DNA of 64,000 nucleotides from an uncultured delta proteobacterium (GCA_963796685.1 CAWCMR010000025.1:1344001-1408000), one strand, 5' to 3'; shown: positions 37,851 through 47,385, counted from the stretch's first letter. Notes: generated by a model from the letters alone, not told the origin. Program-made: numbers and translations.

Positions 37851-39927
37851 GTGCGTCCGGCATGGACGCAGAACAAGAGGTGAAGCCATGAAATAGCCAA
37901 GTCCTCTGGGGACCCTGACGGAGGGAACCTCCCACCTACGAGACAAGGGCGCCGGTCTGGAGCACCAGGCCAGACGGGCCGCAAGGCCCGTCTCCCGCGA
38001 GGAGGTGTCTGGTGGAAGTCTATGGTGCAGCGCCGAACCGAACGAAAGTGAAGCGCCGTAAGGCGTGGGTACCGCTGGGCAAGCTGGCCTTCGGCGGCAA
38101 AGCCCAATATTCGTCGGGCGGCCCGCGTAGTGGCGACGGAGTCGGTGCGAAGTTCTGCGTTCTTACCCGGAGAGACCTCTTGGCCTCCGCGGCGAGGAAT
38201 CGCAAGCGGAATTCATCGAGAACGAAAGGACGAGATGAAGAAGGGACAAGAGGAGTCGGATGGTCGCGTAATACCGGAAGGCCGGCGAAAGCCGGTTCCA
38301 ACCGCCAGAAGGCGGGGAGGGAAGGCGACCACGGCCAGCAAAGAGGCAAGGCAGCTCGGACTGTTTCCCGAGACAGCCGACAACCCGAAAGGGTCCACCG
38401 CCCAAGCGGATCCGGGCCAACCCGTGCCTGCGCGGAGCGAGGTGCCGAAGTCGGGGAACGAGGAAGAGAGGACCTTGCCGCCCATGACGATGGAGGAGGT
38501 AGCGAGCGAAGGAAACCTGAAAAGAGCGTTCGAGCAAGTGAAGGCCAACAAAGGCGCACCTGGACCGGACCGGCAAAGCGTGGGGGAAGTGGCGAAGGGG
38601 TTGGGGACGCTGATACCGGCGCTGTCGCGGTCGCTGCTCGACGGGACATACCGAGTCGGAGACATCCGGCGGGTATGGATACCGAAGAGCGGTGGCGGGC
38701 GGCGGGGCCTTGGCATACCGAACGTGGTGGACCGCGTGGTTCAGCAGGCCGTGCACCAAGTGCTCGGTCCGCATTATGAGCCGACGTTTCACCCGTCGAG
38801 CCACGGTTTCCGACCTGGGCGCAGCCTGTCACACGGCCATCGCCGAGGCCAAGCAGTATCTGGAGGAAGGGTACGAATGGGTGGTCGACCTCGACCTGGA
38901 AAAGTTCTTTGACTGGGTCCACTGGCAACGGCTGGTGGCGCGGCTAGAACAGAGGGTTAAGGACCGGCGGCTCATCGAGCTCGATCTGGCAGATGCTGAA
39001 AGCCAAGGTGGTGATGCCCGACGGAGTGGTGGTGGCGACGGAAGAAGGAGTGCCACAAGGTGGTCCGCTTTCGCCGTTACTGAGCAATATCGTGCTGGAC
39101 GAGCTCGACCGCGAGCTTGCCCAACGCGGTCACCGCTTCGTGCGCTATGCGGACGACTGCAACATCTACGTCGGAAGCGAGCGCTCGGGTCAGCGTGTGA
39201 TGGCCAGCGTGGTCAAGTTCATCGAAGGCCGGATGCGGTTGAAGGTGAACTTGGCCAAGAGCGCGGTGGCCCGACCGGAAGAGCGGCACTTTCTGGGATT
39301 CCGGCTGCGGCGCGAGCCGCTGACGGGGGAAGCGGAGGTGCTGCTGTCGGCGCGGAGCAAAAGCCGCATTGACGAGAAGGTCCGAGAGCTGACGCCGCGA
39401 AACCTTGGGCAGTCCCTCAAGGGCTGCATCAAACAGGTCAACGCGTATTTGCTCGGATGGATCGGCTTCTTCTGTATCTGCACGGCCGCGGAAGAGCGGA
39501 CGCTGCAGGCACTCGACGCACACATCAGGCGGCGGCTGCGAGCGATAGTGCTACGGCACTGGAAACGCAGACGCTTCATCGCACGACACCTCATCAGCCT
39601 GGGGGTGAGACCGAAAACCGCGTGGCAAGGGGTCTACAAGGGGCATCGCTCCTGGTGGGCGCTGAGCCACACATCGGTAGTTGAACGAGGACTGCGCAAC
39701 GCATATTTTGCCGAACGCGGGCTTGTCAGCCTGGCCGAGCGGTGGAAGGACCATCACGCCTTGGACTTCATGGACCCGGCCCTGGAGCCAGGATAGCTGC
39801 GGGCAGCAATGCCGGCGCTGGACTACGGGTCGCTCCCGAACGCCAGCGTCCCGAAGAGCCGGATGTGAGGCCCACAAGTCCGGTTCTGTGAGAGCTGGGG
39901 GAGGGTAACCTCCCCTGGCTACTCGAC
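37851..39927 (+). mobile_element. Group II intron, class IIC-like, with RT/maturase ORF
   Basis: 5' GTGCGTCCGGCATGG; DI/DII junction CTTACCCGGAGAG; short domain V GAGCCGGATGTG-AGGCC-CACAAGTCCGGTTC; domain VI and 3' end CTACTCGAC; flanks rejoin into an intact repeat. Confidence 0.92.
38484..39796 (+). CDS. ltrA: Group II intron reverse transcriptase/maturase without endonuclease domain; apparent +1 frameshifts at ~38826 and ~38981
   Basis: NKGAPGPD, IPKSGGGRRGLGIP..DR, SHGFRPGRS, VDLDLEKFFD, GVPQGGPLSPLLSNI, FVRYADD, FLGF, GWIGFF. Alternative start at 38235. Confidence 0.9.
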
Positions 39928-39963
39928 CGCGGGAGGGTTTGGGAACCCTTCCAGGGTTCCCAT
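39928..39963 (+). repeat. Family A repeat, right part (3' exon of the intron)
   Basis: CGCGGGAGGGTTTGGGAACCCTTCCAGGGTTCCCAT; the first 15 nt are identical to the minus strand at 21270-21256. Confidence 0.85.
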
Positions 39964-40011
39964 CTTAGTTGGCTCATTGGCACTGGCGATTCGGCTCCGG
40001 TTGTGGGAAAA

Positions 40012-40107
40012 GGAGGGCGGTCCCGGGCGACGGAACACTTGCGAACCCCGCCAGGCCTGGAAGGGAGCAACGGTAGCTTGTCGACTGGGTGCTCGGGACC
40101 GTTCCTT
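40012..40107 (+). ncRNA. ffs: Signal recognition particle RNA (4.5S)
   Basis: Conserved helix-8 core GAACCCCGCCAGGCCTGGAAGGGAGCAACGG, closed by the GGGCGGTCCCGGGC / GCTCGGGACCGTTC stem. Confidence 0.9.
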
Positions 40108-40236
40108 TGTCCTGGCGGCGCTAAAGAGCGCGCGACCGACGGGATGCCCGCCGCACGCGGCGCGGCTACCAGATAGAGACGTGGTGGGCGAAAGACCTGC
40201 TAAGATCCTCCCGATGATCGCCATCAAGGAGGGCCG

Positions 40237-40500
40237 ATGCCTCGCCTAGTCAAGTGCGCCAAGTTGGGGCAGGAGCTGCCCGGGATGAGCTACAAGCCCT
40301 TCAAGAACGAGCTCGGGCAACGGATTTACGACAACGTCTCGCAACAGGCGTGGATGCAGTGGATTGAGTTCTCCAAGCGCATCGTCAACGAGTTCCGCTT
40401 GGACCTCGGCACAGAGGCCGGCCAGAAGCTTCTCTTCGAACAAGCCGAGCAGTTCTTTTTCGGCACGGGCGCGAGCAATCCTCCCGACTTCGTGCCCTAG
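40237..40500 (+). CDS. yggX: Fe(II)-trafficking / oxidative damage protection protein YggX
   Basis: VKCAKLGQE, ELGQRIYDNVSQQAW..W, IVNEFRL. Confidence 0.88.
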   Translation: MPRLVKCAKLGQELPGMSYKPFKNELGQRIYDNVSQQAWMQWIEFSKRIVNEFRLDLGTEAGQKLLFEQAEQFFFGTGASNPPDFVP

Positions 40501-40518
40501 ACGCACCCATTCGGATCC

Positions 40519-41379
40519 ATGGCGGAAGCAAAGGGCAGCAAAGAATCCGGTTCGATTCCGGGGGCTCTGGCGAGTGGCCGGCCATCCAGACCTTACTCGA
40601 TCTCCGACTCCGGTCCCCTGTCCACCGGAGAGATCCCTCGCGATCGACGTGTGCCTGTCGTCGCGCAGGTGAAGGTTCGCTACAGCAGTATCCTCGACTT
40701 TCATGACAGCCAATCGCTGAACATCAGTCGCACCGGGATGTTCCTCGCCTGCGACAACCCCGGCTCCGTGGGCTCCATGGTCGAGTTCGAGCTCGCGCTC
40801 GAGGACGGGCTCTCGTTGCTCAAGGGCAAGGGCGACGTGGTGAGGGTCACCCGCAGTCCGTTTCCCGGCATGGGCGTGAGATTCCGCGAGCTCGACAACG
40901 ACAGCCGCAAGTGCCTGGAAGGAATCGTGGCCACCAACGAGAAGGAAGGTCGGACGCCGAAGGTCCCGCTCGACTTCGTCAGCGACACTCGGCCCGCCGA
41001 GGGCAAGCCGGTTACCCCTTCGCCCATGCGCGCGTCGCACCCGCTCCACGGCGCCACGCGGCTTCAGCCGGGACTCTCGGTCGTCGGTAAGGATATGCAC
41101 GTCCGCCTGACCCCGCTCACGGTCGGCTACTTCACCAACAACCCGCTCATCAATATTCGCTTGGGCGGGTTCGTGATACCCATCGAGGAAGAGGCTTCGC
41201 TGGGCGCGGCCTTCGACGTGGCCATCCTCGACAACGACGGAGTTTCGCTCTTTCACGGCAAGGGCAAGGTAGTGGCCAAGGACGGGCACCGCATCGGCAT
41301 TCGCCTGGCCGACATCGACAAGGGCGTGCTTTCGCGCTTGCAGGCCGAGGTTGCCAAGCTGAGCCCGGGCGGCCGGTAG
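40519..41379 (+). CDS. PilZ-domain protein with a second, degenerate PilZ-like domain
   Basis: RDRRVP, NISRTGMF, GDVVR, GMGVRF; second domain NIRLGGF...GKVV...IGIRL. Confidence 0.75.
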   Translation: MAEAKGSKESGSIPGALASGRPSRPYSISDSGPLSTGEIPRDRRVPVVAQVKVRYSSILDFHDSQSLNISRTGMFLACDNPGSVGSMVEFELALEDGLSLLKGKGDVVRVTRSPFPGMGVRFRELDNDSRKCLEGIVATNEKEGRTPKVPLDFVSDTRPAEGKPVTPSPMRASHPLHGATRLQPGLSVVGKDMHVRLTPLTVGYFTNNPLINIRLGGFVIPIEEEASLGAAFDVAILDNDGVSLFHGKGKVVAKDGHRIGIRLADIDKGVLSRLQAEVAKLSPGGR

Positions 41380-41441
41380 GGGCGCATCTTCGCCGCGTCT
41401 TCGCCGTCGACTGTGGTGGCCAGAGTGGATACACTGGGCGC

Positions 41442-42401
41442 GTGACTGGAAAGCAAGCGAAAGAGACAGCTGCGAGCGAAGACAAGGCCGACCAGGCGCG
41501 CGCGCGCCTGGCCAGCACGGGAAGGAACGATCCCTGTCCTTGCGGTTCGGGCAAGAAATACAAGAAATGCCACCTCGTCGAGGACGAAGGCGCCACGGTG
41601 GCCCCGCCGCAAGCGCCCGATCCCGACCAGATGCTCGCCTCGGGCTGGCGACTTTTCGAGCAGCGTCGGCCAGGTGCTGCCGAGAAGCAGTTCCGCGCGG
41701 CCCTTGCGTTGCGGCCGGCTTGGGCCGACGCCCTGGCCGGGATCGGGCTGGCCCGCCTGCAGACCGGCGACAACGAAGGTGCGCGCAAGGAGTTTCGCGA
41801 GGTCCAGCGCGTGTCCGAGGCCGTTGCGGCCGAATTGCGCGCGTCGGGCGCCAAGGACGCGTTCACGCGCAAGGAAGCCCAGTCCTTCGTTCGCTCGTGC
41901 CACGCGCTCGGCTGCCTTGAATTCGACGAGAAGAAATACGACGAGGCCCTCGTAGAGCTCGAGCGGGTCTATGCGGTGGACGAGGGACCCGTCGGCACCG
42001 AGGCACGCCTCATCGCCGGTATCGCGCTCATCAAGCTGGACCGCGCCGCCGAGGCGGCCACGGTGCTCGAGATCGCGACCAAGTCCGAGGCCGGCGCCGG
42101 TCGGGCCTTGATGAGCCTGGCGCTGGCGTATTTCCTGGCCGGCAACGCCCAGGCTGCCGAAGAGGCTTTGGGCAAGGCCCTGGCCGCCAACAGCAGCCTC
42201 GGCAAGGTTCTGCTCGGCCGCATCCCCAAGCACGCCGCCAACCTTAGCGCCGCGACGCCGGGCAGCCGCGAAGAAGCCTTCGGCTACGCGCAAACCTATG
42301 GCGATGCGTGGGAGGCGCCGGCCAAGAAGTTCCTGGAAGAGTACATGGACGGCAAGGCATCGCCGCACAAGGCGAGCGACGGCGAACCGGCCGCCGGCTA
42401 G
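41442..42401 (+). CDS. SEC-C motif + TPR protein
   Basis: GRNDPCPCGSGKKYKKCH followed by TPR-like helices. Confidence 0.85.
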   Translation: MTGKQAKETAASEDKADQARARLASTGRNDPCPCGSGKKYKKCHLVEDEGATVAPPQAPDPDQMLASGWRLFEQRRPGAAEKQFRAALALRPAWADALAGIGLARLQTGDNEGARKEFREVQRVSEAVAAELRASGAKDAFTRKEAQSFVRSCHALGCLEFDEKKYDEALVELERVYAVDEGPVGTEARLIAGIALIKLDRAAEAATVLEIATKSEAGAGRALMSLALAYFLAGNAQAAEEALGKALAANSSLGKVLLGRIPKHAANLSAATPGSREEAFGYAQTYGDAWEAPAKKFLEEYMDGKASPHKASDGEPAAG

Positions 42402-42431
42402 CGGAAGACCGGGCGTGGTGAGGTCACCAGG

Positions 42432-42851
42432 ATGAGCCCCAAGGAACCGGTTCCGAGCTCGGCCCGTGAGCGACGATCCTCACGTCGCAACCCGATCCAT
42501 GTTCGCGTGAATCTGTCCGACACGCAGGGAAGCTTTCTCGGTCGCAGCGTGGACGTCAGTCGCGGCGGACTGTTCGTGCTCAGCAGCGAGACGCGCAGGG
42601 TGGGAACGCTGTTGCGCATTCGCGTGCTGGGCGCGCAGGGCGAGGCGGTGTTCGCCGTCGGGGTGGTGGTCCGCTGCTTCTCCGATCTGGAGGGAAGCAC
42701 CGAGGGAAGCACCTCGCCGGCCATGGCCATCGCGTTGACCTCGACGAGCGAGGCCTGGGATCGCTTCTGGGACGACATCAACGCCAGCGACGACGGCGAG
42801 GGCGACGACGAGCCCGCGGGAGGGGCGGGCGAGGGCGGAGGTCTGCCGTGA
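42432..42851 (+). CDS. PilZ domain protein
   Basis: ERRSSRR, DVSRGGLFV, GVVVR. Confidence 0.75.
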   Translation: MSPKEPVPSSARERRSSRRNPIHVRVNLSDTQGSFLGRSVDVSRGGLFVLSSETRRVGTLLRIRVLGAQGEAVFAVGVVVRCFSDLEGSTEGSTSPAMAIALTSTSEAWDRFWDDINASDDGEGDDEPAGGAGEGGGLP

Positions 42852-43279
42852 GCGGCGGCCTGGTCTTTCCCGTTTCGTCGGAGAAGCTCGCGGCGCTGCG
42901 CAGCCGCATGCTTGGGCTTGGCATTCGCGAGAAAGACTTGCAGGAGTCTTTCGTGACCTCACAAGGCAAGGGCGGCCAAAACGTGAACAAGGTCGCTACC
43001 TGCGTCGTGCTCTTCCACGCCCCGAGCGGCTTGCGCATCAAGTGCCAGCAGGAGCGCTCGCAAGGCCTCAACCGCTACATCGCGCGCAAGTTGCTCGCGG
43101 ACAAGCTCGAAGAGGCGAAGCTGGGCGCGGAGAGCCAGCGGGTGCAGGAGATCGAACGCATCCGACGGCAAAAACGCCGCCGTTCGCGGCGCGCGAAGAA
43201 CCGCATGCTCGCCGACAAGCACGCCCGCTCGACCGTGAAGAACCTGCGCGGCAAGGTCGGCCGCAGCGACGGCGAATAA
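42848..43279 (+). CDS. Stand-alone GGQ peptidyl-tRNA hydrolase (ArfB/YaeJ-like ribosome rescue factor)
   Basis: GKGGQNVNKV, CQQERSQ..NR, basic C-terminal tail. Confidence 0.85.
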   Translation: MSGGLVFPVSSEKLAALRSRMLGLGIREKDLQESFVTSQGKGGQNVNKVATCVVLFHAPSGLRIKCQQERSQGLNRYIARKLLADKLEEAKLGAESQRVQEIERIRRQKRRRSRRAKNRMLADKHARSTVKNLRGKVGRSDGE

Positions 43280-43288
43280 GAGCGGGAA

Positions 43289-43390
43289 CGACACGGAGGA
43301 CACAGAGAAACGGAGCCCGGAAGGGAAGGGGCTCTCGGATCCTGGATCCGAACTACTTCTCCCTTTGCGTCCTCTGGGTCCTCTGTGTTG
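43289..43390. repeat. Family B inverted repeat
   Basis: ACACGGAGGACACAGAG ... CGGATCCTGGATCCG ... CTCTGGGTCCTCTGTGTT between convergent genes. Confidence 0.8.
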
Positions 43391-43396
43391 TTCTTC

Positions 43397-43759
43397 TCAG
43401 CCGCCGTCGCGCTGCATGCGCACGGCCGCGTAGGCGGGGTGGCCGGGACAGGCGGGCGGGTTGAGCTTGCGCAGCTCGAGGCGGAAGGAGGCCGCCGGAA
43501 ACTTCATGGCCAAGGCGTCAAGCATGCGACGCCCAAGAGATTCCAGCAGGTGGTGCGTTTCCAGGGTGCCGAGCTCGACGACGATCTCGGCCACGCTTCG
43601 ATAATCGATCGTGTCGTGGAGATCGTCGCTTTTGCTCGCCTGTTCGAGCGACGCGTCGATCTCCACGTCCACCTCGAACGTACGCAGGCTCCTGCGCTCG
43701 CTTTCGGTCGCTCCATGGCGGCCCTCGAAGGTGATACTGGAAAGGATCAGCGTAGGCAT
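43397..43759 (-). CDS. folB: Dihydroneopterin aldolase
   Basis: GRHG...ER, DDLHDTIDY, HLLESL, LRKLNPP. Confidence 0.9.
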   Translation of the reverse strand: MPTLILSSITFEGRHGATESERRSLRTFEVDVEIDASLEQASKSDDLHDTIDYRSVAEIVVELGTLETHHLLESLGRRMLDALAMKFPAASFRLELRKLNPPACPGHPAYAAVRMQRDGG

Positions 43760-43781
43760 GGCGGGTCGAAGCGAAGGCGGG

Positions 43782-44315
43782 CTAGGTTGCCTCGGCTTCG
43801 TCTTCCTTCTCGTTTTCCTTACGCATCTTGCGCTTGATGATCTGACGCTTGACCGGTCCCACCATGTCGACCAGCAGCCGGCCGGTCAGGTGATCGTTCT
43901 CGTGTTGCAGGGCGCGCGCGAAGAGCCCCTCGCCCTCGACCTCGAAGCTCTTGCCATCCACGTCCTGGGCGCGCACCCGCGCCCGCTGGCCGCGCTTGAC
44001 CGGAACGAAGATGCCGGGGAAGGACAGGCAGCCCTCGTCTCCGGTCTGCTCCTCCTCGGAAATCCACACCAGCTCGGGATTGGCCAGCACCAGCGGCGGG
44101 TCGTCGTCGTTGCCTCCGGTGACCTCGGGATCGATGATGAACAGGCGCAACGCTTCGCCGATCTGGATGGCCGCCAGCCCGGCGCCCTCGGCCAGATACA
44201 TGGTGTCCTTCATGTCTGCAACCAACTGGCGCAAGGTCGCGTCGAAGGCCGTCACCGGCTTCGAAATCTGACGCAGGCGCGGGTCGGGGAAACGCAGAAT
44301 CGGACGAACTGGCAT
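43782..44315 (-). CDS. def: Peptide deformylase
   Basis: GAGLAAIQIG, EGCLSFP, QHENDHL. Confidence 0.96.
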   Translation of the reverse strand: MPVRPILRFPDPRLRQISKPVTAFDATLRQLVADMKDTMYLAEGAGLAAIQIGEALRLFIIDPEVTGGNDDDPPLVLANPELVWISEEEQTGDEGCLSFPGIFVPVKRGQRARVRAQDVDGKSFEVEGEGLFARALQHENDHLTGRLLVDMVGPVKRQIIKRKMRKENEKEDEAEAT

Positions 44316-44416
44316 GGAAACTACAGAATGACACCCGACGAGAAAGCAAGCAAGCCGGTCCGATGACTTGTCCATGAATTGGACACGTCTTGAGTCGTGG
44401 CGGTTTTCCGTGTGCG

Positions 44417-44445
44417 TTGACAAGCAGGGATCGGACCCGTACGTT
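44417..44445 (+). promoter_or_regulatory. sigma70 promoter of ribA-trpS
   Basis: TTGACA-N17-TACGTT, 23 bp before the ATG. Confidence 0.65.
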
Positions 44446-44468
44446 TAGCCGCAGAAGCGGCATTCTCG

Positions 44469-45128
44469 ATGAACCTCGAGCGCTATTCCGAAGCAGATCT
44501 ACCAACGGTGCACGGGCCGTTCCGGCTCGTCGTGTATCGCGAGCCCCAGGAGAATCCCACCTGCCAAAACTCCGTGTGCGCGCGCGAGCACATGGCGGTG
44601 GTGCGTGGTCGCATTCGCGGGAAAGCCAACGTGCTCGCGCGGGTGCACTCGGAATGCTGGACCTCGGAGGTCATGGGCTCGCTCAAGTGCGATTGCCGCG
44701 AACAGTTCCATACCGCCATGGAGCGCATCGCGGCCGAGGGATCGGGCGTGGTGGTCTACCTGCGCCAGGAAGGTCGCGGAATCGGGCTCGGCAACAAGGT
44801 TCGCGCCTACGCCCTGCAAAATGGCGGTGCAGACACGGTCGAGGCGAACCTGGCCCTGGGATTCGAGGCCGATGCGCGTAACTACGACATCGCTGGCGCC
44901 ATCCTGCGCGATCTCGGGGTCGAGTCGGTGCGTCTGCTCACCAACAATCCCCTCAAGGTCAAGGGTCTGGAGGATGCGGGCGTCGTGGTCGCGGCGCGCG
45001 TCGCGCACTGGGTGGGCGAGAACCAACACAACGCCGGCTACCTCGCCGTCAAGCGGCGCAAGATGGGCCATCACGCCGACCTCGAGGTCGAGCCACCTTC
45101 GCTGCTCAAAGCCGCACGCAAGCGCTGA
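44469..45128 (+). CDS. ribA: GTP cyclohydrolase II
   Basis: RVHSEC, SLKCDC, QEGRGIGL.NK, LLTNNP.K, KMGH. Confidence 0.95.
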   Translation: MNLERYSEADLPTVHGPFRLVVYREPQENPTCQNSVCAREHMAVVRGRIRGKANVLARVHSECWTSEVMGSLKCDCREQFHTAMERIAAEGSGVVVYLRQEGRGIGLGNKVRAYALQNGGADTVEANLALGFEADARNYDIAGAILRDLGVESVRLLTNNPLKVKGLEDAGVVVAARVAHWVGENQHNAGYLAVKRRKMGHHADLEVEPPSLLKAARKR

Positions 45129-45187
45129 AGTAGGCCAGCGCGCGCGGCCTTGACCGCCCCCGTCGCGCCGACTACAACCCAGACGAC

Positions 45188-46207
45188 ATGCCTGCTCAAG
45201 AACCTGCGCCGCGCGAAACCATCTTTTCCGGAATCCAGCCCTCGGGTGAGCTCCACCTCGGCAACTACCTCGGGGCCATCCGCAACTGGGTTGCCTTGCA
45301 GTCGTCCTACCGCTGCTTCTTCTGCATTGTCGACTACCACGCCATCACCCAGCCCTTCGAACCGGACGCCTTGGGCCGTCGCGTGCGCGAGATGGCGTGC
45401 GATCTCATCGCGTGCGGCATCGATCCCGAGAAATCCGCGCTGTTCGTGCAATCGGCCGTGCGCGAGCACACCGAGCTGGCGTGGGTGCTGGCCTCGGTCA
45501 CGAGCTACGGCGAGCTCGGTCGCATGACCCAGTTCAAGGACAAGGCCGAGAAGAATCCCGACAACATCAACGCGGGGTTGTTCACCTACCCCGTGTTGCA
45601 AGCTGCGGACATCTTGGTCTACCACGCGACCAAGGTTCCCGTGGGCGAGGACCAACGCCAGCATCTGGAGCTGGCGCGCGAAATCGTGCGCAAGTGGAAC
45701 GCGCGCTTCGGCGAGACCTTCCGCGAGCCCGAAGCACTTTACTCGTCCACGCCGAAGATCCTGGGCCTCGACGGCCAGGCCAAGATGTCGAAGAGCCTGG
45801 GCAACACCATCTCGCTGCGCGAGGACGACGACTCGGTTTGGAACAAGCTGCGCACCGCCGCCACCGATCCGGCACGCGTGCGGCGCACCGATGTCGGCGA
45901 TCCCGACAAGTGCAACGTCTTCACGTTGCACAAATTCTTCAGCACCGGGGAGCGCCAGGCCGAGGTTCGCCAGGGTTGCACCACGGCCGGTATCGGCTGC
46001 ATCGACTGCAAGAAATGGCTGTTCGAAGGGGTCAAGTCGGATCTCGATCGCATCCGTGCCCGGCGTGCCGAGCTTCTGGCCAAGCCTGAGGCCGTCGACG
46101 ACATCCTGGCCGAGGGAGCTCGGCGCGCGCGCGCGGTCGCTTCGCAAACCATGACCCTGGTTCGCGATCGCCTGGGCGTCGAACGTCTGCCCGGCAATCG
46201 ACCTTGA
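45188..46207 (+). CDS. trpS: Tryptophanyl-tRNA synthetase
   Basis: SGIQPSG, HLGNYLG, YPVLQAADI, VPVGEDQ, KMSKS. Confidence 0.97.
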   Translation: MPAQEPAPRETIFSGIQPSGELHLGNYLGAIRNWVALQSSYRCFFCIVDYHAITQPFEPDALGRRVREMACDLIACGIDPEKSALFVQSAVREHTELAWVLASVTSYGELGRMTQFKDKAEKNPDNINAGLFTYPVLQAADILVYHATKVPVGEDQRQHLELAREIVRKWNARFGETFREPEALYSSTPKILGLDGQAKMSKSLGNTISLREDDDSVWNKLRTAATDPARVRRTDVGDPDKCNVFTLHKFFSTGERQAEVRQGCTTAGIGCIDCKKWLFEGVKSDLDRIRARRAELLAKPEAVDDILAEGARRARAVASQTMTLVRDRLGVERLPGNRP

Positions 46208-46209
46208 CC

Positions 46210-46605
46210 ATGCGCACGTGGAGCGTCCTGCTGGCGTTTCTCCTGGTTGCCTGCTCGAGCCAAGAGCGTGCCGACAATCCCGAGGGCGCTGTCCACTTGT
46301 TCATCGTGGCGGCGCGCAGCGGGGATCGCGCCTCCGTATACCAACGCCTTGGCCCGCAAACACGCGCCCGCATCGAGTCCATGCTGTCGTCGAGTCGCCA
46401 CCAGGGCGGCCGACTCATCGCCCGACCCGAGGACTTCTTCTCAGTGGGCTGGGCGCCGCCAGCCTGGGAGCCCGCGGGCATCCGCACGGTCCAGCGCGAC
46501 CGGGACCACGCCCAGGTCGAGGTCTACTCGGCCGCTGGCGACAGGCAGACGCTTTCCCTCGTACGCGAGGGAAAGGAGTGGAAGATCGAATTGCCCGGAA
46601 GCTAG
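46210..46605 (+). CDS. Hypothetical lipoprotein
   Basis: Lipobox LLVAC; C-terminal LVREGKEWKI is typical of NTF2-like lipoproteins. Confidence 0.7.
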   Translation: MRTWSVLLAFLLVACSSQERADNPEGAVHLFIVAARSGDRASVYQRLGPQTRARIESMLSSSRHQGGRLIARPEDFFSVGWAPPAWEPAGIRTVQRDRDHAQVEVYSAAGDRQTLSLVREGKEWKIELPGS

Positions 46606-47111
46606 CGCCTCGCCTGCTCGCGCACCAAGGTCTGTTCGACGATCTCGATGTCGGATTCCTGGATCTCGATCTCGATATCCTCGAATTCCGGCATGGTGAA
46701 TCCGGGATTGGTGTTGTCGCTGGCGCTGGCGCGCGGCGGCCCCCGGCGGTCGCCCACGCGGCGCTCGCGCGGGAAGATGCGGCGCTCTTGCCCGTCTCCT
46801 CGCCGATCTTGAGCGCGACGATCGCGCAGCAGCAACTGGCGTAGTCCGTCGATGCTGCTCGGGACCTTGGCGAGCTTGAGGGTGCGCGCGGCGCAGATGT
46901 GACAGAAGGTCAAGGAGCGACCGTGGACCTCGATGAGGCGCAGGTTATCGCGACGACGTTCTTCGCAAATGGTGCATGATGCGCCGCGTGGCACAGGCCG
47001 CATGTCGGCCCACTTCGAATAGCAGCCCCAGCAGCGGCCGCGACGAAGCTCGGTGACCATGGCACCGCATGAACCACAGGGGATGGTGGCGCGTTGGATT
47101 TCGATGCTCAT
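46602..47111 (-). CDS. Hypothetical double zinc-ribbon protein with (D/E)RR repeats
   Basis: CGSC, CWGC, CTIC, CHIC; DRR/ERR x5; acidic tail. Confidence 0.7.
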   Translation of the reverse strand: MSIEIQRATIPCGSCGAMVTELRRGRCWGCYSKWADMRPVPRGASCTICEERRRDNLRLIEVHGRSLTFCHICAARTLKLAKVPSSIDGLRQLLLRDRRAQDRRGDGQERRIFPRERRVGDRRGPPRASASDNTNPGFTMPEFEDIEIEIQESDIEIVEQTLVREQARR

Positions 47112-47277
47112 CCCATGTAGGTAACTCGACTACGTGTAAGTAGCAATTTTTCGATCTTCTTTTTTGTCAGGGAAGATGTGTCCAGAAATTGCTGATCAGG
47201 GCGCGGGTCGAACGCGTGACGACTGGTAGCGGCGAGTCCCGCCGGCCCGGGACGGAGAGGAGCCGGAATAAACGTCT

Positions 47278-47385
47278 GAGGAAGCCAGGAAGGGGGGAAG
47301 AGAACAAAGCCGGCAGCGTCGTCGGCGTTGGGAGGCAAAGACGCGCTCGATTTCCATTCCTGGCTTCCTGGCTTCCTGGCTTCCT
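47278..47385. repeat. Family C repeat (tandem TTCCTGGC with a complementary arm)
   Basis: (TTCCTGGC)x3+TTCCT at 47357-47385; GGAAGCCAGGAA near 47280-47291. Confidence 0.6.

Noticed and set aside
37904-37909. CTCTGG in the intron, perfectly complementary to exon CCAGAG, as EBS1
   Set aside because: Too close to the 5' end and better explained by pairing with AGAGG in the first domain I stem.
38130-39796. RT as part of a retron, DGR or defence system
   Set aside because: Clear group II intron ends, domains V/VI and a maturase region; no TR/VR pair, msr-msd or effector gene.
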